Source: Planctomycetota bacterium
Lineage (GTDB): Bacteria > Planctomycetota > J058
Direction of reading: 5' to 3'
DNA length: 17,820 bases
Assembly: GCA_016765095.1 (NCBI GenBank)
Contig: JAESQQ010000852.1
Location: 1 to 17,820, forward strand
This document shows positions 1 through 7,120 of the stretch, piece after piece. The translations under genes and the position numbers were made by a program. The notes below the pieces were generated by a model. That model did no database searches and was not told the origin of the DNA. It saw only the letters and a program-made list of their open reading frames with translations. The first letter of the stretch is position 1; each line of letters starts with the position of its first letter.

Positions 1-185
1 GTGGTGGCGGCGGTCGTGCCGGCAGTCGCGCCAGCCGGCGAGCTAGAGCCGCTGCAGCCCGCGAGCGCGAACACGAACACGAGGCTCGTGGTGAGGGCCT
101 TGTGCCTCGCGAGGAGGCTAGCTGCGTCCCGATAGGACGGTCTGGGAGGTCTGGGAAATGCTGCCGGCAACGTTGCTTTGTTCAT
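1..185 (-). CDS. putative lipoprotein, N-terminal fragment (gene continues off the left edge)
   Basis: Reverse strand from ATG at 185..183 reads MNKATLPAAFPRPPRPSYRDAASLLARHKALTTSLVFVFALAGCSGSSSPAGATAGTTAATT. It has a hydrophobic h-region followed by a lipobox-like LAGC. GC3 is high in the distal part. A purine run GAGAGAGA lies just upstream of the ATG. It is absent from the ORF track because no stop lies in the window. A sigma54-like promoter sits about 30 nt upstream. Confidence 0.55.
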   Translation of the reverse strand, partial: MNKATLPAAFPRPPRPSYRDAASLLARHKALTTSLVFVFALAGCSGSSSPAGATAGTTAAT

Positions 186-215
186 GGTGTCTCTCTCTGG
201 TGGAGTCGGCTCTTT

Positions 216-231
216 CGCAAGGCTCGATCCA
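216..231 (-). promoter_or_regulatory. candidate sigma54 (-24/-12) promoter for the lipoprotein gene
   Basis: The minus strand reads TTGGATCGAGCCTTGCG. TGG (231-229) and TTGC (220-217) have the exact consensus spacing of TGGCACG-N4-TTGCW. There are two mismatches in the -24 box (AT for CA). The -12 GC lies about 31 nt before ATG 185. Confidence 0.45.
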
Positions 232-392
232 AGGCGCAAAGCATGTCCTCGGGGGCCCTTGGCTGGCCTTGTCACTGAACTGGAGCGCCTCTGCTCCATG
301 TCTGCACCGCCAAGGGACAGACCGCGCCTCAAGAACCAGATACGCAGGCGACCGAGGTTGAACCCTGCTCCTTCTTCCCGGACGCTTGTTGA

Positions 393-2477
393 GTGCCTGA
401 CTCCGGCGACCCTCGTGATCTCGACTCGAACGACTCGACCCTCGGCGACATCCTCGACCACCGCCCCGAGGTTCCGCCCCCGCCTGTCGAAAAAGGCTCC
501 CGGTTTGGCGACTACGTCGTGCTCGAGGTGCTCGGCTCGGGGGGAATGGGCGTCGTCTACCTCGCAGAGCACACGGCCAGTCAGCAGCGAGTCGCGCTCA
601 AGACGATTCGGCCGGCCTACGTCGCCGTCGGAGACAGCCTCGAGCGCTTCTCGCGGGAAGGTCAGATCACAGCCTCGCTGCGGCACCCTGGGATCGTCGG
701 GGTCCATGCGGCTGGGCTTCAAGGCGGCCAGCCCTATCTGGTCTACGAGTTGGTCGAGGACGCCCAGAGGCTCGACGAGGCCATGAGCGCGCTGGATCTG
801 CGCGGAAGAGTCGAGCTCCTCCGAGACGTCTCGCGCGCGCTGGGCTACGCCCACGAACGTGGGGTGGTCCACCGCGACGTCAAGCCAGGGAACGTCTTGA
901 TCGACCGAGAAGGCCGTCCTCGAGTGGCTGACTTCGGGATCGCCTGGGCGACTGACCTCGACCGGATCACCCGCTCAGCGGCGGTCTTGGGGACTCCGCG
1001 CTACATGGCCCCCGAGGCGGCCGTGGGTCGGCAGGTCAATCCCGCAGTCGACGTCTGGGCCCTAGGAGTGATCCTCTACGAGGCGCTCGCCGATCGTCCC
1101 CCGATCGACGCCAGCTCGTGGTTCGAATACCTGATCTCGGCTCGCCAGGGCGTCTCCGAGGCTCCTACCCACGAATCGCGTCCGGTCCCGCCGGCGCTCG
1201 GAGAAGTCTGCCTGCGAGCGCTGCGGGGCGACCCTCGCCAGCGAACGCCTGACGCGGGCGCGTTCGCGGACGACCTCGACCGCTTCCTGCGCGGCGAACT
1301 CAGCTCGCCGCGGCGTCGGGGAGCCGTCGCTTGGCTGGGCGGGTTGGCCTTGGTCGCGGTGGGGCTCGCCGTCTTCCTCTACCTGCAATTCGCAGGAGCG
1401 GTTCATCACGAGGCCCCGCGACTCTCCTGGGCGAGCCCCTCTAACGACTTGACCTGCTTCAACACGAGCGAAGTCGAGCTTGGGGGGCGGGTCGACTCGT
1501 CGCGGGAGTGGGTTGAGCTCGAGGTCACGGGACTCGACGCTCCGATCCGAGTCCCACCTGGACCTTTCTTGATCTCGGTCCCAGTCCGCTCAGGCGAGAA
1601 CCAAATCGAAGTCCGGGCCCTCGAACCAGACCGTGACTCTCCACCGCCCTTGGTCCGCAAGGTCTACCGCTGGACGGTCCCCGCCTGGTTCCTCGCCTTG
1701 CCCCTCGCCCGCCGCGCGCCCTTGCCCCTCCCCCCTTCGCTCGAGTTCAGCGAGGCTGGCTATCGGAACCGCACCGACGGATCGATCTTGGTCTGGATTC
1801 CGCCCACGACGACTCGCCTCGGCAGCGACCGTCCCAGAGCGACTATGTATCTCTACGAGGGCCCCGAGCACGAGGTCCGCCTCGACGGCTACTTCCTGGG
1901 CCGAACGGAGGTGACTTGGGAGCAGTTTCGCCGCTACTGCAAAGCAGAGCGCCTAGACACTCCCGAGCCGGGGTTCGCGGTCACCAACCAAGACCCCGCC
2001 CACGGAATGAACTGGCCGCGAGCGCAGGCCTACTGCGCCTGGGCAGGACTCCGGCTCCCGACCGAAGCCGAGTGGGAGTACGCGGCCCGGGGGCCTGATC
2101 TCCTCCTCTTCCCCTGGGGCGGGACGAAGCTCGACGGGGTCCGAGCCAACCTCTCGACTCCGATCCCGTTCAAGGACCGCTTCCCCAACACCAGCCCGGT
2201 CGGCTCATTCCCGCGCGGGGCCTCGCCCTTTGGCTGCCTCGACATGGTCGGCAACGTCTACGAGTGGGTGTTCGACCACCTCGACGAGTATCCCCAAGGT
2301 CCGCTCGTCAATCCGCGCGGTCCCGCCACGGGGGACCACCGGGTCCTCCGCGGAGGAGCCCACACCAGCACCGACGTCGAGGTCTGCCGCACCACCTTCC
2401 GCTGGTCGGCCGAGCCTTCGCGCGAGAACCCGAAGATCGGGTTCCGGGTGGCCCTGAGCGTCCCCACCTCCCGCTGA
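393..2477 (+). CDS. membrane Ser/Thr protein kinase fused to an FGE-sulfatase (SUMF1)-like extracytoplasmic domain
   Basis: GTG start directly after an in-frame TGA (390-392). Kinase motifs: LGSGGMGVVY, VALK, HRDVKPGNVLI, ADFGIAW, GTPRYMAPE. One TM helix: AVAWLGGLALVAVGLAVFLYL. C-terminal FGE-sulfatase signatures: MNWPRAQAYCAWAGLRLPTEAEWEYAARG, GCLDMVGNVYEWV, RVLRGG, IGFRVA. GC3 is high throughout. Confidence 0.93.
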   Translation: MPDSGDPRDLDSNDSTLGDILDHRPEVPPPPVEKGSRFGDYVVLEVLGSGGMGVVYLAEHTASQQRVALKTIRPAYVAVGDSLERFSREGQITASLRHPGIVGVHAAGLQGGQPYLVYELVEDAQRLDEAMSALDLRGRVELLRDVSRALGYAHERGVVHRDVKPGNVLIDREGRPRVADFGIAWATDLDRITRSAAVLGTPRYMAPEAAVGRQVNPAVDVWALGVILYEALADRPPIDASSWFEYLISARQGVSEAPTHESRPVPPALGEVCLRALRGDPRQRTPDAGAFADDLDRFLRGELSSPRRRGAVAWLGGLALVAVGLAVFLYLQFAGAVHHEAPRLSWASPSNDLTCFNTSEVELGGRVDSSREWVELEVTGLDAPIRVPPGPFLISVPVRSGENQIEVRALEPDRDSPPPLVRKVYRWTVPAWFLALPLARRAPLPLPPSLEFSEAGYRNRTDGSILVWIPPTTTRLGSDRPRATMYLYEGPEHEVRLDGYFLGRTEVTWEQFRRYCKAERLDTPEPGFAVTNQDPAHGMNWPRAQAYCAWAGLRLPTEAEWEYAARGPDLLLFPWGGTKLDGVRANLSTPIPFKDRFPNTSPVGSFPRGASPFGCLDMVGNVYEWVFDHLDEYPQGPLVNPRGPATGDHRVLRGGAHTSTDVEVCRTTFRWSAEPSRENPKIGFRVALSVPTSR

Positions 2478-2480
2478 CCC

Positions 2481-2516
2481 TCGTGCTCGGTCGTGCTCGT
2501 GCTCGTGCTCGTGCTC
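2481..2516. repeat. hexanucleotide microsatellite (TCGTGC)n abutting the kinase stop codon
   Basis: TCGTGC at 2481-2486, a 4-nt interruption, then four perfect TCGTGC units at 2491-2514. It begins 4 nt after the TGA at 2475-2477. Confidence 0.9.
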
Positions 2517-2723
2517 GAACGTCCCGGCTGGACGACCTCCGGGGACGAGTTGTCGGAATCTGCGGGTGGTGTGGGCGAGGGCGCTGGCTGTGTCTTCTGG
2601 TGCTGCTCCGCAGCACGAGGTCTCGCTTCGCTCGACCGTCGGGACCTTCCCCCGCTTCGCTCCTCCAGGTCCCGACCCATGCTACGCATGCTCGGTTTTG
2701 CAGGCATGGACTCACGGTGCGCT

Positions 2724-2752
2724 CCCTTGCTTCGCAAGGGGCGTTTGTCGTT
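2724..2752 (+). terminator. intrinsic-terminator-like hairpin with T-rich tail
   Basis: CCCTTGC (2724-2730) / GCAAGGG (2734-2740) form a perfect 7-bp stem with a 3-nt loop, followed by GCGTTTGTCGTTT. It lies about 250 nt downstream of the kinase-FGE stop. Confidence 0.4.
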
Positions 2753-2814
2753 TCGGCGACAGCCGCCCTGGCTGAGTTCGAGACGGTCGGAGTAGGTCCT
2801 CGAGGGACCGACGA

Positions 2815-2908
2815 CGGGCGGGGGTGAACCCCGCACCCTACAGATCGCAATCGGGCCCCCGAATAGCGACACGCCCGAGCAGGGGGCGGGACCCCCGCAC
2901 GCTCCAGA
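2815..2908. repeat. GC-rich two-hairpin repeat element, copy 1 (paralogue of 7717-7836)
   Basis: The 34-nt core CGGGCGGGGGTGAACCCCGCACCCTACAGATCGC (2815-2848) matches 7717-7750 at 33/34. It contains hairpin GCGGGG-GTGAA-CCCCGC. The distal end GGGGGCGGGACCCCCGCACGCTCCAGA resembles 7805-7836. Confidence 0.8.
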
Positions 2909-2958
2909 GGATGCGCCGCTCGGCCTCTCAGAAGCCTCCCGGGCTTCCAATCAGCTCT

Positions 2959-2990
2959 TTGCGTCTTCGCGTCTTTGCGTCTCTGCGTTG
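2959..2990. repeat. four tandem 8-bp units (YYGCGTYK)
   Basis: The units are TTGCGTCT TCGCGTCT TTGCGTCT CTGCGTTG. They lie about 175-205 bp upstream of the second kinase start, in noncoding DNA. Confidence 0.8.
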
Positions 2991-3165
2991 ATCTCCTTCT
3001 TCCCTTCTTCCCCGCTACCGCTGTGGCCCTCGCCACCGAATCCGAGCGCCTTGGCCCTAGTTCCCGACCTCTGCGGCTCTCGGCGTGTCTCCGCGATCTC
3101 CGCGTTGAACCGTCGGTTTCGCGACCGCCTCCCCGGCTGCAAAGCGAAGCCCGTATCATTCCCGC

Positions 3166-4179
3166 GTGATCCCCACTTTCCAACGGACTCGTGACCGCGA
3201 GCTGGGCGAGCGGCTCCTCGCGCTGTGTCCCGTGCTGGAGGGGCCGCTGGAGGCTGTCGACTCCGCGATCGGGCTCCTCATGGACGAGGGAGTCTTGGAG
3301 CGGGACGACTATCGGCGAGCCCTCCCTGCCCCCGACTCCCTCCGCCCGCTCTCCTGGGGTCCTTTCTCTGTGTTCGAAGAGCTCGGGCGCGGGGCGGCCG
3401 GGATCGTCTATCGCGCGTCTCTTGGCGGGGATCCATGCGCGCTCAAGATCCTGCGTGAGCTTCCCCAAATGAGCGCGGAGGGAGAGGCTCGCTTTCGGCG
3501 CGAGGTCGAAGTCCTCGAGCGCTTGGACCACCCAGGGATCGCTCGGCTCGTGCGGGCGGGCGTCGAGGACGGGGTTCTGTTTCACGCGACGGAGTTCGTC
3601 CGTGGTGGGTCTCTCGGAGACTTCAAACGGCGGGGTCGAGGGAGCCCCGCCCGTGCGATCTTCGTCGCCCAGGGGTGCGCGGCCGCCCTCCAGCACGCTC
3701 ACGAACGAGGCGTCGTGCACCGCGACCTCAAGCCGGACAACGTCCTCCTCGACCGGGGTGGTCTCCCCCGCCTGGTGGACTTCGGCCTGGCCAAGGACCT
3801 CTGGGGCGAGAGCCTGACCCGCTCGCAAGCCTTCCTGGGGACCGCGCTCTACGCTGCACCGGAGCAAATGGTGTGGGCCAAGGACTGCAATGACCTAGCG
3901 GACGTCTACGGCCTGGGGGGCGTGCTGCACTTCGCGTTGACCGGGGGTCCTCCGTACCCGGCCCGCACGATCGGCGAGCTCTACGTCAAGGTCTCCGCCG
4001 GTTTTCAACCGCTCCACGCGTTGCCAGGGGTCCCCGGCTCAGCTCTGGGCGAGGTGAATGACCTCCTTGAGCGAGCGCTTCGCCCCCAGGTCAGCGATCG
4101 GCTCAGCCTGAGTTCGTTCCGCGAACGGCTCGAGACGCTCGCTGAGCTGCCCGGCCTGCGCCGCGAGAAATCCGCATGA
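3166..4179 (+). CDS. soluble Hanks-type Ser/Thr protein kinase
   Basis: GTG start at 3166, with high GC3 from about 3190 onward. Motifs: LGRGAAGIVYRA, CALKIL, HRDLKPDNVLLD, VDFGLAKD, GTALYAAPEQ. No TM segment. The stop TGA at 4177-4179 overlaps the next gene's ATG (ATGA). Confidence 0.9.
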   Translation: MIPTFQRTRDRELGERLLALCPVLEGPLEAVDSAIGLLMDEGVLERDDYRRALPAPDSLRPLSWGPFSVFEELGRGAAGIVYRASLGGDPCALKILRELPQMSAEGEARFRREVEVLERLDHPGIARLVRAGVEDGVLFHATEFVRGGSLGDFKRRGRGSPARAIFVAQGCAAALQHAHERGVVHRDLKPDNVLLDRGGLPRLVDFGLAKDLWGESLTRSQAFLGTALYAAPEQMVWAKDCNDLADVYGLGGVLHFALTGGPPYPARTIGELYVKVSAGFQPLHALPGVPGSALGEVNDLLERALRPQVSDRLSLSSFRERLETLAELPGLRREKSA

Positions 4180-6623
4180 CGCCCGCCACGTTTCCGCTCC
4201 CCGCTGGCGCGGTCGCCGACCTCCGTCGGCTCCACTCGGAACCGGATCGGATCGCTGCGGGCCTCGCTCAAGCGACCGTCGACCGGCTCCTCGACTTGGC
4301 CCGCCTCCTGAGCGGCGGCGCCAAGGCCTGCCTGACCCTGAGCGGAGCCCCAGCCCCTTGGGGCGACGTCGAGCTCCTCACCGACGGCCGCGGCGAGACC
4401 CTGACCCTCGCGCTTGAGGTCCCGCTCCTCCCCGACGGGCTCGGCTCGGCTCGCGTATTCGGATCGCTGATCCTCGCCCCCGGCTCCACGAGTCCGCCCG
4501 ACGCGACCCTGAAACGTCACGCCGCGACGATCCTGATCGTCGATGCCCTGGCGCGAGCGGCCGAAGCAGACCCTTTGACCGGTCTCCTGACTCGGGCAGC
4601 CTTCGAGCGAGCGCTCGCGACGATCACCGAGCGAATCGGGGCCGAACAGATCGCGGTCCTGATGCTCGACGTGGACGATCTCGGGACCCTCAACGCGGCT
4701 CGCGGATATCGGGGCGGCGACGACTTGCTCCGAACGCTCGGCGCCGCCGCCTCCTCGGAAGCGGCTTTGGGGCTCGCCTGCCGCTACGGAGGCGACGAGC
4801 TGGCGCTGGTCTTGCCCGGTGCTGGGGAGGAGGAGGTCCGCGCAGTCGCCAGCCGCCTCCGGGCGGTGGTCGAGTCCTGCCGGGCAGGATCTTGCCGCCC
4901 TTCCCTGAGCGCGGGGATCGCCCGCGGGCCCGAGGACGGAGAGACCGCCGAGGAGCTGATCTACCGAGCGGATCAAGCCCTGGCGCGCGCCAAGAGCGAG
5001 GGCAAGGGGCTTACGATTCAGTGGGAGCCGTATCTCCAACGCCAGCGACGTCGCGATCGTCTGGCCGGGATCCTGACCGGCGACCCAGCCCGCGACTACC
5101 GCAACGTCCAGGCCCTCCTCGAGAGTGTGCAAGCCGTCTCGCGCCTCGGTCCCCTTGAGGAGACCCTCGCCGAGATAGTGGTCCGGGCGATCGAGATCGC
5201 CGGCGCGGATCGCGGGTTGCTCCTGCTCCGCGAGGACGAGGTCTGGAGCGCTCGCGTCGCACGACTCGCGAACGGGGAGGCCACCTCTGGCGAAGCCTTC
5301 GCGACCTCGGTCGCCGACGCCGCCCTCGCGGAGGGGCGACCGATCTCGCGGGTTGCCGAGGGGGTCGAGACGATCTCCATGAGCGCCCAGGCGCTTGGCC
5401 TCAAGGCCGTGCTCTGTGCGCCGTTGCTGGGTGAGGACGTCCCGACGGGTGTCCTCTACGTCGACGCTGCGGCGACGCCCGGTCGATTCGACGCGCCGAC
5501 CGTGGCGTTCTTGGGTGCGCTCGGCGCCGAGGTCGCGACTGCGCTTCGCAACGCCTCCCTCTACGAGCGCCTCGTGGCGCGGACCGAGCAACTCGAGGCC
5601 GACGTCAGCGATCGCGAACAGAGCCTGGTGCGACTCCGAGAGGGCTGGGCGCGCTTCCAAGGCGTGGCGAGCGCGGACGGCTACGAAGGCCTGGTGGGGC
5701 GCTCCCAGGCCATGCGCGACGTGTTCGCACAACTCGAGAGTCTGGAGGGGACCGCGGTCTCGGTCCTGATCGAAGGAGAGAGCGGGACAGGAAAGGAGCT
5801 CGTCGCGCGCGCGCTCCACGCACGCTCGGCCCGCCGGGAGGCCCCCCTCGTCGCGATCAACTGCGCAGCGATCCCCAGCTCCCTCTTTGAGAGCGAGCTC
5901 TTTGGTCACGTGAAGGGTGCCTTCACGGGCGCCGACACCGAGCGGCGCGGACTCCTTGAGGCTGCAGACGGCGGGACCCTGTTCCTAGACGAGGTCGGCG
6001 AACTGCCACCCGAAGCCCAAGCCAAGCTCCTCCGAGTCCTTCAGGAGAAGGAGATTCGCCGGGTCGGAGAGACCCAGGCCCGCAAGGTGGACTTGCGCGT
6101 GATCTCAGCGACCAACCGCTGCCTCCGGACCGCAGCAGACGAGGGCAGCTTCCGAGAGGACCTCTACTATCGCCTGGCCGTGTTTCGGGTCCTTCTCCCG
6201 CCGCTTCGCGATCGCCCAGCGGACCTCCCGCTCTTGATCGAGCACCTCTTGACCGAGCAGCGAGAGCGCGGGGTCTCGGTCGGTTCGCTGACCCCCGCGG
6301 CCCTCGAGGCGCTGGCGGGGAGACGCTGGCGCGGCAACGTTCGCGAGCTGCGAAACGCGCTCGAGCGCGCGGGGGCCCTCGCGTTGGGAGGAGCTCTGCT
6401 GCCGGAGCACTTCGAGCCTGAGCCTACGGGGGCACAACCAGAGATCGGCTTCGCCGCGCTGGTGGCGCTGCCCTTTCACGACGCAAAGGCGGCCTTCGGG
6501 CTCCATTACGTCCGCGCCCTGATCGAGCAAGAAGGCTCGATTCCGGCCGCTGCCAAGGCCGCCGGAGTCTCTCGACAGACTTTCTACCGGCTCCTGAATC
6601 GCGCAGAGGACTCCCCGAGCTGA
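4176..6623 (+). CDS. sigma54-dependent enhancer-binding protein with N-terminal unknown region, GGDEF-type domain and GAF domain
   Basis: GGDEF-type domain: [41 protein letters not shown]-like segment: [25 protein letters not shown]. Sigma54 AAA+ domain: GESGTGKE Walker [10 protein letters not shown] (GAFTGA loop), [10 protein letters not shown] Walker B, RVISATN. C-terminal Fis-type HTH: [16 protein letters not shown]. Confidence 0.93.
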   Translation: MTPATFPLPAGAVADLRRLHSEPDRIAAGLAQATVDRLLDLARLLSGGAKACLTLSGAPAPWGDVELLTDGRGETLTLALEVPLLPDGLGSARVFGSLILAPGSTSPPDATLKRHAATILIVDALARAAEADPLTGLLTRAAFERALATITERIGAEQIAVLMLDVDDLGTLNAARGYRGGDDLLRTLGAAASSEAALGLACRYGGDELALVLPGAGEEEVRAVASRLRAVVESCRAGSCRPSLSAGIARGPEDGETAEELIYRADQALARAKSEGKGLTIQWEPYLQRQRRRDRLAGILTGDPARDYRNVQALLESVQAVSRLGPLEETLAEIVVRAIEIAGADRGLLLLREDEVWSARVARLANGEATSGEAFATSVADAALAEGRPISRVAEGVETISMSAQALGLKAVLCAPLLGEDVPTGVLYVDAAATPGRFDAPTVAFLGALGAEVATALRNASLYERLVARTEQLEADVSDREQSLVRLREGWARFQGVASADGYEGLVGRSQAMRDVFAQLESLEGTAVSVLIEGESGTGKELVARALHARSARREAPLVAINCAAIPSSLFESELFGHVKGAFTGADTERRGLLEAADGGTLFLDEVGELPPEAQAKLLRVLQEKEIRRVGETQARKVDLRVISATNRCLRTAADEGSFREDLYYRLAVFRVLLPPLRDRPADLPLLIEHLLTEQRERGVSVGSLTPAALEALAGRRWRGNVRELRNALERAGALALGGALLPEHFEPEPTGAQPEIGFAALVALPFHDAKAAFGLHYVRALIEQEGSIPAAAKAAGVSRQTFYRLLNRAEDSPS

Positions 6624-6627
6624 TCCT

Positions 6628-6663
6628 CGCGCCTCGGCCTCGCCCCGAAAGTCGGAGCAGGCG
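6628..6663 (+). terminator. imperfect GC-rich hairpin after the activator gene
   Basis: GCGCCT (6628-6633) pairs with AGGCGC (6658-6663), with a short inner CTC/GAG helix. It starts 5 nt after the stop codon. There is no clear T tract. Confidence 0.3.
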
Positions 6664-6701
6664 CCGCAACTGGGTTTGGAGACGACGACTCCGAAAGAGT
6701 C

Positions 6702-6729
6702 TTGACCGATTGCGCCTCGAGCCTAGGGT
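6702..6729 (+). promoter_or_regulatory. sigma70-like promoter candidate for the PTH2-like operon
   Basis: TTGACC (6702-6707), a 16-nt spacer, then TAGGGT (6724-6729, TAnnnT type). It lies about 80 nt upstream of GTG 6812. Confidence 0.35.
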
Positions 6730-6811
6730 GGCGGCATGAAGCATTGACCGTCAGTCCGTTCCCCAGGACCTCAGGGGAAACGAGCCCGCGCACCGCACTC
6801 ATTACTGCATC

Positions 6812-7120
6812 GTGCGCGACGATCTGCCTCTTGGCGTGTTGGCTGCCCAACTCGTTCACGCCGCCGGTGAGTCCGCTCCCGGCGATCTCTTGGCTGGAAC
6901 CCGTGCTGTTGTCCTCGCTGTAAGCGACGAGGGCGGGTTGCTTCGTGTGGCTGAGCGACTCGAAGAGCGCCGGATTTCACACGTCTGCATTCGCGAGCCC
7001 GACGCCCCCTGGCATGGCCAGGCGATGGCGATCGGGCTCGCTCCCCTTTGGAACCGAAGACCTGCGCGGCGCGTGCTGGGCCGGCTTCGATTGCTCAACT
7101 CGGAGGTAGACGATGAATGA
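6812..7120 (+). CDS. PTH2-family (peptidyl-tRNA hydrolase 2 fold) small protein
   Basis: VRDDLPLGVLAAQLVHAA resembles the Pth2 N-terminal motif (VRxDLxMGxGKxAAQxxHAA). RAVVLAVSDEGGLLRVAERLEERRISHVCIRE...AMAIGLAP...VLGRLRLL parallels the Pth2 C-terminal half (KVVVK..DE..L..L......GL....I.DAG.T.....T.L.IGP......VTGHLKLY). GC3 is high. The 5' end is uncertain (see findings). Confidence 0.6.
   Translation: MRDDLPLGVLAAQLVHAAGESAPGDLLAGTRAVVLAVSDEGGLLRVAERLEERRISHVCIREPDAPWHGQAMAIGLAPLWNRRPARRVLGRLRLLNSEVDDE

Noticed and set aside
178-786. 202-aa plus-strand ORF overlapping the start of the first kinase
   Set aside because: It is out of frame with the kinase, whose motifs begin at about 520. It is Arg/Ser/Pro-rich, and its 5' part lies in the divergent promoter region.
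1110-1130. GGTTCGAAT T-loop-like string inside the first kinase gene
   Set aside because: It has no flanking acceptor, D or anticodon stems and lies in a well-supported coding frame. It is a chance match.
2951-3142. 63-aa minus-strand ORF in the noncoding gap
   Set aside because: Its C-terminus is encoded by the 8-mer tandem repeat. It has a low-complexity Arg/Glu composition, and no start context or partner gene supports it.
2308-3867. 519-aa minus-strand ORF spanning the end of the first kinase, the noncoding gap and the second kinase
   Set aside because: It is Arg/Ser/Pro/Gly-rich with no motifs. It is antisense to two genes that have complete kinase motif sets and crosses obviously repetitive noncoding DNA. 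This is a typical high-GC shadow ORF.
4005-5909. 634-aa minus-strand ORF
   Set aside because: It is antisense to the GGDEF-GAF-AAA+ activator, whose frame carries unambiguous Walker A/B and GAFTGA motifs. The ORF has shadow-ORF composition.
7010-7024. TGGCAT-N5-GGCG sigma54-like string
   Set aside because: It lies inside the PTH2-like coding region, the GC is displaced by one position, and there is no TTGC.
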